This document shows positions 24,621 to 38,300 of a stretch of DNA of 64,000 nt, piece by piece. Position numbers and translations under genes: made by a program. Where the stretch lies: NCBI GenBank assembly GCA_051313645.2, contig JBNRSN020000013.1:50592001-50656000 (forward strand). Reading direction: 5' to 3'. The notes below the pieces were generated by a model. That model saw only the letters and a program-made list of their open reading frames with translations, was not told where the DNA came from and searched no databases. This DNA comes from Centroscyllium fabricii. Its lineage: Eukaryota. Every line of letters starts with the position of its first letter. The first letter of the stretch is position 1.

Positions 24621-27412
24621 GAAAGCCATAAAGCTTAGCATAACAAAACGAAACCTACTTATTAGCTTAGTAGTAAATTAATGCAAAACCACTGGTATTC
24701 ACCCAGGTTTGAAAACAGCCTCCCGCAACTTTATAATGCTTTATTGCTGAAGGAATCCAGACTTGAAATTTGAATCGGACAGATGAGTTAATCTGGTAAA
24801 TTCCAATAAACGTGTTTTCAGACGGCTGCTGTGATTTAAAGCTATTTATCCCACACGGAATGGGATAAATGACACAAAGCGATGTCCGACGGCAGCAGGG
24901 CCTGGAAATAAACGGCAAGTTCGACATTACTCAGGAAAGTCCAACTGATTCTGCGAGTACTTATGTATGAATTTGGAGTGTAAACGCATCGTTATGAACT
25001 GTTCCTTGCCATTCCTTCCATAAATGCAAGAAGTCACACACCAGGTTACAGTCCAACAGTTTTATTTTAAATCACAAGCTTTCGGAGCGTCTGCTTCTTG
25101 CATTTGTCCACCCCAGTCCAACACCGGCACCTCCACATCATTCCTTCCACAGGCTGTGAATTATTTATGCTAATCTTTTATATGTATTTATAATAAAAAT
25201 AGGAAATGGTGGACATACAGAGAGAAAAAGGCAGATTAATATGTGGGAAAACATTAACACACACTTTTCACTTTGAGATGCTGCTGTGTGTCAGCAACAT
25301 TTGCTGTATTTATTTCAGATTTTCAGCATGAACAGTTTCTTTTACCTTTTTTATGTATATTAGGTACAATACATAAACGATACACAAAGAGGAAATGCAG
25401 GCGAGGGCAAAGCAACTAAATTGCTTACAAGAATGACGCATCTTGTATTGGAATGCCAAAGATTGGGTTGGCTGCAGAGATGCTTTTCGGACCCTCATTG
25501 AATTATATTCTGACTAAAAGCTGCAGTTGTTCAATGTTTCAGTACACCCAATTAGGGCTCACAGGTGCATATTTCACTCACCATTACTGTCAACGTGAAG
25601 TGAGTTCACAGACAATAGTAAAACAGAGGATATTGCCTGATGAAGCTGCGAACTATATTTATTCCACAGTGGGAGGAGAATTGTACATCATTGGTGAGGG
25701 GCAGAGCTGGTAGTTACTTGGGTCTCCTTCAGGACTGCACGGGCTTCCTGTCCAGTATTCTTCTTATATAATGTAACAACAGTATTCTCATTCATTTATG
25801 TGACACAGTTCTGTGTTATGCAGTTATAATTACAATAGATTTACTTTCCGGCAGTGGAGCATTGGTCTGGTATAATGATCTTTTTTCTCGCCACTGTAGA
25901 ATACAATGAAGGATTGGCCCTGAGCAGTTCTCATTGCAGTGCATGTGATGACATCAGTTGGCGAGAGTTTATCATGAAGAAGTGCCTGTATGCTTCTCGT
26001 TAGACTATTCTCTGGGTGGGTAGGTTTGTTTCACTTTATGTTATTTAGGTGCTGGTTTTCTAATTCTCAGGTGTTTATTTTTTTCAAATTTCGAGCCAAG
26101 TGTCAACCAGTTTTGCTTTGCGCCACAAACGTCCCAGATTCACTGGTGCCAGTTGTTGGAATGGAGCCACTACAGTTACAGATAGTGTTCTTTGTTGGTT
26201 TAAACCCAGAGTTTATTTTTTAATAACTGGCATTGCTAATGCAGGAAAATAGTTCTGGCGTGGTCACATATTGAGATTCTGTACTTCATGTATGTGAGAT
26301 AACATTCATCCCAGTAAGTTCTGTGCCACGCACCTTTCCTCAAACCCAGTCTCAGAGTTTGGACGCACAGTATCCTGAAGGCTGTCTGTACAACATGAGT
26401 GAGGAGTCCGATTCAGGTGAAGATATTCTTACAAAATGTGCTAACATATTGATTGACAACCAATCACCCATTCAGTGTATCAATTGGATACTGTTTCAGT
26501 CCAGGCAGCAAGTTTTGTAAGTAGCTGAAGATGTAAAAACATAGTGGCTGAAGTTGCAGCACAATTTGTAACTGCGTGCTAATAATAGACTTTATACTGT
26601 ATGCGAATTAAGTATAAGCAAGTTAATCTGAAGGACAAGGCTATGGGTCCAATCCTTTAATGACTACTATTCTTAATTTCCCAGCACAGTGTAGTCAAAG
26701 TATATTATTACTTCATCATTACACCTTCTGGATATCGTCTCAAAATGGATTTATCAAGGGATACAAAAGTAACCGAGGCTGTTTTCCTTCATTGTAGCAC
26801 TCTCCACATACCATATAATTGAGGCCAGATTGTCAATTGGGAAAATTATTAGGGACTTTAAGATATTTTGATGTAAACTATATCATAACATACGGATATT
26901 TATTACCCACCTAACCTCCCTTTCCCACTCGTAAAAACATCCCTCCCCAACCTAACTCGCCCATTTTTACTTGTCTGCATGAAGATTCCTACCTGGCTGT
27001 TCCACACTTCAAATTTGTTTCAAAGTATTTTCTAATACGTTTTAAAACACACTAATAACAAGTTTTACCAGTTTAACAATTTTAACTTGGTTTTATATTC
27101 AATAAAGTAAAATAAATTCTAATAGGAATGTAATCCCACAGCTTAAGTCTTAAATGCTGTTCAAAGTGCTCAAAAACCTTGCTGATTGGCACAGAGTGTG
27201 GCTGAAGTGTTTTGCATTGAAGTGTGATATGCAGGCATGTCAGACCTGCTTCAAATTCTCATCTAGATCCAAACAAAAAGCATCTTCAACATAGGAAAAG
27301 GATCACAAAGGAATGCACCAACCAGAAGATTTGAGCTCAAAATGTCAGGTGAGTGAGTGTCAGGGCACTAGACCTTTTCTACAAAGGGATGATGTTATGA
27401 AGGAAGATCCAT

Positions 27413-27975
27413 TTCAATTCAATTCAATTCAAGTTTTATTGTCATTGCAGAGTACTAGTACAATACAACGAGACGAAGACTCGACTCTCCCGAGAGTAGT
27501 GCAAATAAATTACATGCAAATTGCATACAGTAAAGTACATTATCAGGCGTGCAGGTACCGGAGTTCATTTTTAGAGTTCAGGAGGCTGACAGCCCTGGGG
27601 AAGAAGCTGTTCTGAAATCTAGTCGTGCGGGTGCGAATTGCTCTGTAGCATCTCCCGGAGGGCAGGGGGGCGAACAGACTGTGGCTGGGGTGTGTGGGGT
27701 CTTTAATAATGTTCAGAGACCTCCGTAAGCAGCGTTTGAGGTAGATGCTTTCTATTCGTTGAGCAGTTTTGACTACCCGCTGCAGGGTTTTCCGGTCCGA
27801 GATAGTGCAATTCCCATACCAGACAGTGATGCAGCTTGTCAGTATGCTTTCTATTGTGCAGCGGTAGAAGTTGGAGAGGATGCCGGATGACAGCCTGGCT
27901 TTCTTCAGCTTCCTTAGGAAGTACAGGCGCTGTTGGGCCTTCTTAACCAGAGAGGAGGTGTTTAGTGACCAGGAG
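27413..27975 (-). mobile_element. Rex1/Babar LINE 3' fragment
   Basis: WSLNTSSLVKKAQQRLYFLRKLKK...FYRCTIESILTSCITVWYG...FFPRAVSLLN; (TTGAA)n tail; a second copy at about 60093-60400. Confidence 0.88.
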
Positions 27976-29959
27976 TAAGAAGTCACACAACACCAGGTTA
28001 TAGTCCAACAGTTTTATTTGTCTACCCCAGTCCAACACCGGCACCTCCACATCATTTCATCAATGGCACTGATTGAGGTCAACTTTGTGCACTTTGGCAG
28101 ATTTTGATCAGTCTTACATGGCACTAGCTAGTTTGCACCCAGGAATCAGTACTAACTAACTCTAGTGATGTTGCTGATTCTAGTTGGGGTCCCCAGTGCT
28201 GGTTGGTACCGAGAGGCTTCTAAGACACTTTTCTGAAAGTGTCATGCTTAACACCTAAGGGAAAGAAGCATTCTTAATCCTTTGCTATTGTATTAACTCC
28301 TACTTTATGGATGTTTCAAGCAAGCCCTCAGACACTCTTCATTTCGAAGTTTGAGACTATGGATCACCAACTAGAAGTTTATGGAACACAGTTCTATCTT
28401 GGGCAACAATTCTATCTAGAAGCTGACAGGGAACATTGTCCTCTTCATCTCAGTTGTCAAGAGCTTCACCAAAATAAACTTCTAAGTGAGGACACGTTCA
28501 AAACAGCCTGCTTCAAATTATTCAACCATCTGCTCAGGAGATTGGTTTACTGCCAGCAACCTCAGGGATGCTTACTTTCACATGGCAATCGCCCTTGAGC
28601 GTTGCAAGTTTCTGAGGTTTTCCATTTGAATTACCATTGCAACATGGTCCCCTTCAGCCGTAACTCTGCTCCCAAAGTATTTTCTGTTGCTGCAACCATC
28701 TACGTTTGAAGCACTACCACTTTTATCCCTAGTTAGTTGGTTCATCAGAAATGCTTACAAGAATACTACTCAAGCCATAGTTCAGTAGATTTTTTTCTAT
28801 GTTCTGGAAGTTCAGATTTATTGTCAACTATGATAAATCCCAGTTGCAGCCAATACAGGCTGTGATGTTCATAATGGATCACAAACCTTTGGTATGTTAA
28901 CTTGAAAACCAAACACAGGTCAGTATTGTCCTGAAAACAAATATGATCCCTCTATTTTCTCTGATTCCTAAAGCATTCCACACAATAAAAATGGAGATTG
29001 CAATGATAATTTTGATAACCCAGCATTGACCACAAAAGTTGTGATTCTCAGACATTCTGAGTAGTGTTCTGCAACATATGAGGAACCTATCGCCCCAATT
29101 ATTTGGTTAGATTCTTCATCCGATGCCAGCAGGCTTCTCCTTAACCTGCTGGCTATTAAAATGGAATAGTCCCCAGTAAAAGGATCTCTTCTTATGTTTT
29201 GGTGGCTTTCAGAAAACCTCCCATTAATAAAGCTTCGAATGCAAAATGGAAGAAATTAAGTATGTAGTGTTGTACCAAGAACCTGGGTCTACTGTCATAT
29301 AAGACTGCTCACATTTTAAATGACCATTATAATTCATTAACTGAACCTTGAAGCTAACATCCATTAATTCTATCTTGTAGGCATTGCAACCTTTCATTAT
29401 TTTCACAGGAGGGGCACTGGTGGGCTGAGGTTGGGGTAGAGTTGGAGGGGTTGGTTGAAGTTCTGTGACACTGCTACTGTGCTCTAAAGAGGAGAAACCT
29501 GCTCCAATGTTCTTGTTTATAAATCACTCTGCAGGCTCTCCTCCCTACCTTAGTGATCTCCTCCTGCCTTACATCACTGTGCTCAACCCGACTCCTCTGA
29601 AACCAGATTCTTCCATTATGCTCCTGCTCGCTGGAATTCTAAACCAAGTTCCCAATCCATGGCTCTCCATTGTTCTTCCAGTTACCCACACTTCATGACC
29701 ACTATCTCTACTTCTTCCGTTTTGTAAAGCACTCAAAGGCATCTTCTACACATGAAGAGTGCTATATAAGTGCAAGTTGTTAGTGTTATTGAAAGAACAA
29801 ATAAGTTTTGCAAATTTCAGAAACTGTCCTTTAAGACTTACGTACAGGTACCTGGTAATAGTGCTTTTAGTGAACATTAGTATGCATCATTATCATTTAA
29901 TTGGTAAGAAACCCTTAGGTGAAGTTCATGAGCATTTGATGAAATGCTGTTACTTTGTG

Positions 29960-30740
29960 AGCTACAATAACAACTTGTATTCATATAACACCTTTAACAT
30001 AAAGAACACCCAGGGGAAAACAGGAAGAGCAAGATGTGGGCCAATAGTTGAAGACATAGGATTTGAGCAGATTTTTTAAAAGGAGGAGAGGGAGATGGAG
30101 CGGTAACAGAGGTTTAGGGAGGGAATTCTAGTGAGTAGAACCCAAAAAGCTAAAGGCTTTGCTGGGATGAAGGGAGAGAGTGTAAGCCAGTCAGAGGAAC
30201 AAAGTGTGCAGGGGTGGGTGGAGGGGGAAAGGGAAGGGAAGAAAGAGTGGGGGAGATTGCAGATTTATGGTAGGGCAACGCCACTGAGGGATTTAAAGAC
30301 AAAGGGAAACAATAACATTTAATGTGCTGGGGATTAAAGAGTTTTTGTAGAAATGCTATATGGAGTATACATTACTACTACAACAACAACAACTTACATT
30401 TAAAGGGCCTCTTTAATGTAGAACGATGTCCCAAGGCACTTTGCAGCAGCATAAAGAAAACAAACGCCAAGCCAAAGAAGGAGAAATTAAGAGGAGTGAC
30501 CAAAATCTTGGTCATTGAGGTGGGTTTTCTGTGAGGGTCTTAAAGGAGGAGAGGGCTTTAGAGAGCTAATTCCAGAATTGGATCTAGTCGGCTGAAGACA
30601 CGGTTGCCAATAGTAGGACGAGGAAGGGAAGGATACACAGGAGACTGGAGGCAGGGAATGGAGATTACAGTGATAGGGAGGGGCAAGGTAATTGAATGAT
30701 TTAAACACAAGGATAAAAATGTTAAAATGAGGTGTTGACA
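29960..30740 (-). mobile_element. Degenerate L2 LINE 3' fragments (two)
   Basis: (AAC)n tail and reverse complement of the L2 3' end seen at 3640-3825. Confidence 0.6.
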
Positions 30741-31598
30741 TTGTTTTACTATACTTGCATTTATTGACCAAGGCCAACCAGAGTTCAGTAGGCCTGTTTT
30801 GGCTGTAGGTGTTTCAACTAATCCACGAGGATCTCTTTCCTCCCTTTTCTAGGAAATACATAGTCAGTCAGTCACCTAAAGTATACGGATGGAAGAAGAA
30901 AGCTAGGTTTCATACCATGCAATGTCTTCACCTTTCAACTGGCATTGGGAACATCTTTCATTTTTAAAATGGGAAGATCCACCCTATTGGCCTCCACGTT
31001 CCTTCTTGCTGGAAGTACTTGGTAAACACTTATGAAACTTTGATTCTTGGTCAGTGTTTATGTTGAGTTATTCTCCCACTTCTGTTTCCTGTTTAGAAGC
31101 TCAAGTGAGTAATTGCTTTAGATTGCATGAAGAAAAAGTCTGTGGGTGATTTCTTGATAGTCAAAATCAAAAACATCTTCAGAGGCTGATGTCCCTCTTA
31201 AATTTCCTTTGAACACCTGTTTTTTTCTTTCCTTTTGCAAAGGCACTGACTTTTTGGGGGTAAATTGGGATACATTGCTGCCAGCAGTCTATGTGCCTAA
31301 CACAATTGGCCATTCTTCATGTGTGGCACTCAGGTCTGACTGGCTATTTGACCATTTAAGCCATGACAGCAAGCCAATGCCTGTTCTGAACTGATTTCCA
31401 CACATGCATGATTTCTATCAGGGGTTATTAGATAGCAACCAGGAGTAGGTAGGAACCCTGACTGATTTAACACTCTCTAACCACAGGGATTCATAGGTCA
31501 ATTGTAGCACTCTAACAGAGACCAGTTAATTCAGCAGACCAAGGATCAAACTTGGGACCTTTGGATTTGCATATCTTAACACCACCTCACACAGGAGT

Positions 31599-31850
31599 TA
31601 ACATAAGAAATAGGAGCAGGAGTAGACCAATCGGCCCCTCGAGCCTGCTGCACCATTCAATAAGATCATGGATGATCTGATCTTAGCCTCAACTCTACTT
31701 TCACTTTCCATCCCACCCAAAACCATGTGATCTCCTGGGAGAGGCGAAAAACCAGGTAAAATACCCAGGCCAACTTGGGGAAAAAATCTGGGAAATTCCT
31801 CAACAACCCATCTAGGTGATCGAAACTTGTCCAGGAGATCACTCTGACCC
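31599..31850 (-). mobile_element. CR1/HER1 3' end carrying a double U-rich internal-loop (dENE-like) module
   Basis: AACATAAGAAATAGGAGCAGGAGTAG tail; perfect 12-bp inverted repeat at 31727-38 and 31831-42. Confidence 0.75.
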
Positions 31851-32440
31851 TGAGTTTCCTGCAGAACCTACCTTCTGCAAGAGGCGATCTCCACCCCAGC
31901 CAGGAACAGGCCCAATTTACTCTTGAGTTGGAGAAATAACAATCTGGTTCTAATCCCACAATATGTGGAAGATGCTTCCATTCAAAAACTGAAGATTACT
32001 ATATAGGTAGGTGGTGGGGCTGCCAGTTCGGATTCATATCTGTGACACCAAGACAGATATTTAGCAGTTATTTGGAAAGCTACAGTTACCACTGCACTTA
32101 CTGAGTGAGTCACCTACTGGTATTTTGAATCCGGTTACATTCAGATATTGTTTCAAGATAACCTGTTCCTGCAGAAGAAGAATTCTCTCGTCATACCAAA
32201 TTACTAGTGTTTCACAACCCAGGATTATCATTGTGATTTTTTTTGCAGGAGTGCAAGAATGCCTGCACCATATCCCCAGTGAGTCATTTCATTTATTCTG
32301 TGGAAATGAACCACCTATTAAAATGCAGCAAGCCTTTTATATTCTAGGATGCTGCACTAACATTGCAACTGGTTAAGGGTTGGTTCTTAAAATAAATTAT
32401 AATTTCTTATTTTTTGTATATCAATGGGCAGTGACCATAA

Positions 32441-33126
32441 TGGGCCGGATATTCTGACCCCCACGGGTGCGTACAAGGTGTGTACGCACCTGTAGGGGCC
32501 TCGCAAGTGCCGGTTTCAGGCATGCGAAGTGCATGTGCTAAAACCCGGCACTTGCACTCTGTCAAGAATTCATCCGTCTGCCCCGGAAAAGGGACTCTGC
32601 TAAAGCCTTTAAAAATCTTGCGCCTGGCCTGCTTTTACCAGCCTGAGTTTTTAAAATAAAAAAAAATAAAAAAAAAATTCCCACTCATTTATAATTTAAA
32701 AATACTTTCAAAAAAGCGAAGTTTATTTCTAGCCCTGTAAAAAACTTTAATTATTTTTTTAAAAAATTACATTTTTGCTTAAAATGTCATTTAATGTAAT
32801 TTTAACTGATTTTAAATACGTGATTTAAATTTTTTTAAATTTAATGTTTAACTGTTTTTAAAATGATCCCCATTCATACTTTTGACAGATCCGTGCAGTG
32901 AGACCTGTCAGAAGTGTGAAGGGGGATTCCCTTCTTTGATTGGTTCCCCATGGCCCACATGATCCCAGGGACGCTTGTGAACCGCCTGCGCCCCTGGGAT
33001 ACCTGGACCTCTGCGCGCGCACCAGGAGAGGCCCAGGATCGGAAGTCTCGGGACCTACAGAGCCAACAGGTAAGTGCGTAGAGTTTTTCCGATCAGAGGC
33101 ATCCGCCCGTAGGAAAATCTGGCCCA
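32441..33126. mobile_element. Non-autonomous DNA transposon (MITE) with GGGCC(G/A)GA termini
   Basis: TGGGCCGGATATTC...GAAAATCTGGCCCA; a related copy lies in opposite orientation at 51252-52319. Confidence 0.75.
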
Positions 33127-33651
33127 GCTATCTACCTTAATATGATAAATTTCAAGTATGAATTAAATTAAAATTAATTTAACAGGCTCGTGTGGAGCAT
33201 AAACACTGGCATGGACCTGTTGGATCAACTGGCCTGTCACTATGCTGTAAATACTATCTAGTAAATACCATAACAGTGGTGCTTTCTGTGCTGGGGGATG
33301 GGAGAGATGGACAGAGTCATATGCCAAATGCTTTCCCACAGAAAGAGAATGAAAATCAGAGACAACACTTGCTGCAGCAAAAGCCTGGGAGCGGTTAAGC
33401 TGCCTGCACTCTTAGAGTTTAGTGTACATGTATCTAGAAAGGGAATAAGTCAAAATAAGCAAAATACACACTAAGGTCAATCAGGTGCGCCATTGTTTAA
33501 GTTTTATGTAATTTGGCTTAAAGTGTAAAGAGGTGCTCACCAGTGAGAAACTCTGGTGAGTTTTCATGATTTGAAGGGTCTCTTCCACAGAAATAACATT
33601 GCAAAAAAAACCAACTTTTAGTTGTAACCATCACTTTAATCTAAGGTTATA

Positions 33652-33975
33652 CAGGTACACAATCCTTTATCCGAAAACCTTGGGACCGGACGGTTCTCGG
33701 ATAATTTCGGTTTTTGGAATGGTCGCATTAACATACGTTTTTCTGCAGCGAATCTTGTAAATATTCAGTAAAGTGGGTCACGCTGCTGCTCTTTTAGGCA
33801 TTTTTCAAAAAAAATAACGGCGCAGATTCGCAAAAATATCGGAGATCAGCGGTCAGATACTAACGCCTCTGACCTGCGTGGGTCACGTCGGGTCATTTTT
33901 CGCGCGCAACTCGGGTCATTTGAAATTTCCTTTTTTGGAGGTTTTCGGAGTCGCGGATAAAGGATTGTGTACCTG
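33652..33975. mobile_element. Tigger/pogo-like MITE
   Basis: TIR CAGGTACACAATCCTTTATCCG / CGGATAAAGGATTGTGTACCTG; TA on the left, CA on the right. Confidence 0.85.
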
Positions 33976-35010
33976 CACTCCATATACCATAAGGTACAAC
34001 CTGAAGTATAATATTTCTGTTGATCCTCCATTACATTCTCCACACCCACTAAATACTGGACTATAAATATAACCTTGTGCAACCTGCATCAGCATCTTAT
34101 TTCTAAAGCATCCAGGAACAAGTTATTTTGAAACAATATATGAATGTAACCAGATTCAAAATACCAGTAGGTGACTCACAGAGTAAGTGCATTGGTAAGT
34201 AAGTGAGCTTTCCAAATAATTGTTAAATACCTGCCTTTGTGTCTCAGATATGAATCTGAACAAACAGCTGATTTGTGGTATTTACCCAGATCGAGACCAA
34301 GAAATTCTGCATTGGAGACTGGAAATGTCTCATGTGCTGCTCTGCATTCTAAACTAGTTGATATGGCAGATGAACATGTACTTGGGATTTTCTTAGTTCT
34401 ACCGGTCATCAGATCAATTTCCCAGCCAACAAAGCACGCATAAGCTGTAATGGTGGAAGAGAAAGAGATTTACAATGCACTCCTACACCAAGATAATTTG
34501 GTTTATTCATCATCTTCAGGCTTTTGGAGGGAAGCTGGATTCATATCTGCAGCTGCAAGGGAGAACATTGTGGAGATTAATCAGCAGATTGAGTAGTTTA
34601 AGTCTTAAAAAATCATGCTAATGCTACATATATGGTTACTTCCATCAACCTGGTAGATCTAAGCATAATATATATCTTATTGGGTGGACCTGTATGTCTG
34701 TTACGCCCTTCAGAACCCAATACTTGGAAGAAGTCGCAACTAAATGGCATATTTGAGCTTGGCTTTAATTCATAGGTAGTCTACATGAAAATGTGAAACA
34801 ACTTTATTTTGCCTGTAACATATCCAGAAGTGGATGTATAGGTTGAGCACCATTAATCCGGCACCCTCTGGACCAGGCCGGTGCCGGATTACTGAAAATT
34901 CCGGACCACTGAAGGTTCGGGGGAGCGCGTGGTAGAACACGCCCCTGGTCCAGGAGCGCACGGTAGAACATTCCCCGGGAGGGAGCCCGGGGATAGAACA
35001 CTGTCCAGCA

Positions 35011-35095
35011 GTGGTGGCGTAGTGGTTATATCACTAGACTAGTAAGCCAGAGGCTCAGTCAAATGCTCTGAGGATATGGGTTCAAATCCCACCAC
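35011..35095 (+). promoter_or_regulatory. tRNA-derived internal Pol III promoter at the LINE 5' end
   Basis: A box TGGCGTAGTGG 35015-25; B box GGTTCAAATCC 35079-89; GTGGTG/CACCAC complementary ends; anticodon-like loop CTAGTAA. Confidence 0.8.
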
Positions 35096-35344
35096 GGCAG
35101 CTGGTGGAATTTAAATTCAATGCAATTTAATTCTGGAATTAAATGTTAGTCTTAGTGATGGCGACCATGATACCATTGTCGATTGTTGCAAAAACCCATC
35201 TGGTTCACTAATATCCTTTAGGGAAGGAAATCTGCCGTCCTTACCTGGTCTGGCCTACATGTGACTCCAGACCCACAGCAATGTGGTTGACTCTTAATGC
35301 CCTCTGAAATGGCCTAGCAAGCCACTCAGTTGTAAACAACCGCT

Positions 35345-38300
35345 ATGAAAAACAATAAGAATAAAACCGGACGGACCACCCGGCATCGACCTCGGCACCG
35401 GAAACGACAACGTCAACGGCAAACCCGGCCCTGTCGACCCTGCAAAGTCCTCCTCACAAACATCTGGGGACTTGTGCCAAAATTGGGAGAGCTGTCCCAC
35501 AGACTAGTCAAGCAACAGCCTGACATAGTCATACTCACAGAATTATACCTTACAGCCAATGTCCCAGACACCAGCATCACCATTCCTGGGTATGTCCTGT
35601 CCCACCGTCAGGACAGACCCACCAGAGGTGGTGGCACTGTGATATACAGTCGGGAGGGAGTAGCCCTGGGTGTCCTCAACATTGACTCAGGATCCCATGA
35701 GGTCTCATGGCATCAAGTCAAACATGGGCAAGAAAAAATCCTACTAATTACCACCTACCGCCCTCCCTCAGCTGATGAATCAGTACTCCTCCATGTTGAA
35801 CATCAATTGGAAGAAGCACTGAGAGTAGCAAGGGCACAAAATGTCCTCTGGGTGGGGGACTTCAATGTCCATCACCAAGAGTGGCTCGATAGCACCACAA
35901 CTGACCGAGCTGGCCGAGTCCTAAAGGACATAGCTGCCAGACTGGGTCTGCGACAGGTGGTGAGGGAACCAACAAGAGGGAAAAACCTACTTGATCTCGT
36001 CCTCACCAATCTACCTGTTGCAGATGCATCTGTCCATGACAGCATTGGTGGAAGTGACCACCGCACAGTCCTTGTGGAGACGAAGTCCCGTCTTCATGTT
36101 GAGGATACCCTCCACCGTGTTGTGTGGCACTACCACAGTGCTAAATGGGACAGATTTCGAACAGATCTGGCAACTCAAAACTGGGCATCCATGAGGCGCT
36201 GTGGGCCATCAGCAGCAGCAGAATTGTATTCAACCACAATCTGTGACCTCATGGCCTGGCATATCCCTCACTCTACCATTACCGTCAAGCCGGGAGATCA
36301 ACCCTGGTTTAATGAAGAGTGCAGGAGAGCATGCCGGGAACAGCACCAGGCATACCGAAAAATGAGGTGTCAACCTGGCGAGGCTACAACACAGGACTAC
36401 TTGCATGCCAAACAACAGAAGCAACATGCGATAGACAGAGCTAAGCGATCTCATAACCATCGGATCAAATCAAAGCTCTGCAGTCCTGCCACATCCAGTC
36501 GTGAGTGGTGTTGGACTATTAAACAGTTAACAGGAGGAGGAGGCTCCAAAAATATCCCCATCCTCAACGATGGTGGAGCCCAGCACGTGAGTGCAAAAGA
36601 TAAGGCTGAAGCATTTGCTACTATCTTCAGCCAGAAATGCCGAGTGGATGATCCATCTTGGCCTCCTCCTGAGGTCCCCAGCATCACAGATGCCAGACTT
36701 CAGCCCATCAATTCACTCCACGTGATGTTAAGAAACGGCTGAAGACACTGGATACTGCAAAGGCTATGGGCCCTGACAACATTCCGGCAATAGTACTGAA
36801 GACTTGTGCTCCAGAACTAGCTGCGCCCCTAGCCAAGCTGTTCCAGTACAGCTACAACACTGGCATCTACCCAGCAATGTGGAAAATTGCCCAAGTATGT
36901 CCTGTCTACAAAAAGCAGGACAAATCCAACCCGGCCAATTACCGTCCCATCAGTCTACTCTCAATCATCAGCAAAGTGATGGAAGGTGTCGTCGACAGTG
37001 CTATCAAGCGGCACTTACTCAGCAATAACCTGCTAACTGACGCCCAGTTTGGGTTCCGCCAGGGCCACTCAGCTCCTGACCTCATCACAGCCTTGGTCCA
37101 AACATGGACAAAAGAGCTGAACTCAAGAGGAGAGGTGAGAGTGACTGCCCTTGACATCAAGGCAGCATTTGATCGAGTGTGGCATCAAGGAGCCCTGGCA
37201 AAGCTGAAGTCAATGGGAATCAAGGGGAAAACTCTCCCTTGGTTGGAATCATACTTAGCACAAAGGAAGTTGGCTGTGGTTGTTGGAGGTCATTCATCTC
37301 AACCACAGGATATCACTGCAGGAGTTCCTCAGGGCAGTGTCCTAGGCCCAACCATCTTCAGCTGTTTCATCAATGACCTTCCCTCCATCATGTCAGAAGT
37401 GGGGATGTTTGCTGATGATTGCACACTGTTCAGCACCATTCGAGACTCGGCAGATACTGACGCAGTCCGTGTCCATATGCAGCAAGATCTGGACAACATT
37501 CAGACTTGGGCTGACAAGTGGCAAGTGACATTCGCACCACACAAGTGCCAGGCAATGACCATCTCCAACAAGCGAGACTCTAACCATCTCCCCTTGACAT
37601 TCAATGGCATTATCATCGCTGAATCCCCCACTATCAACATCCTGGGAGTTACCATTAAAGAACATAAGAACATAAGAAATAGGAGCAGGAGTAGGCCAAT
37701 CGGCCCCTCGAGCCTGCTCCGCCATTCAATAAGATCATGGCTGATCTGATCCCAACCTCAATTTTATTTTAACTCTCCACCCGACCCAAACACATGTGAT
37801 CACCCGGGAGAGGCGAAAAACCAGATAAAAAACCCAGTAGCCAATTTGGGAGAAAAAATCTGGGAAATTCCTCTCCGACCCATCTAGGCGATCGAAAACT
37901 GGTCCAGGAGATCACATGTCCGATCTGAACCTATCCTCACGTCCACTTGCCTGCCCGCTCACCATAACCCCCAATTCCCTTTTCTTCCAGGAAACTGTCT
38001 ATCTCTGTTTTAAAATTATTCAAAGTAGTAGCTTCCACAGCTCTCTGGGGCAGAGAATTCCACAGCCCCACCACCCTCTGGCTGAAGAAATTCCTCCTCA
38101 TCTCTGTCCTAAATGAGTCACCCCTTATCCTTAGACTATGACCCCTGGTTCTGGACTCTCCTACCATCGGGAACATTCTTCCTGCATCAAGTCTGTCCAG
38201 ACCAGTTAGAATTTTATACGTTTCGATGAGATCCCCTCTCAATCTTCTAAACTCCAGAGAGTACAAACCCAGTCTACCCAGTCTCTCCCCATACATCAAT

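Noticed and set aside
35011-35095. A functional tRNA gene (also the HE1 heads at 3971, 51798, 54509)
   Set aside because: Stems are imperfect, the variable region is oversized, there is no T-run terminator, and each is continuous with a retroelement body.
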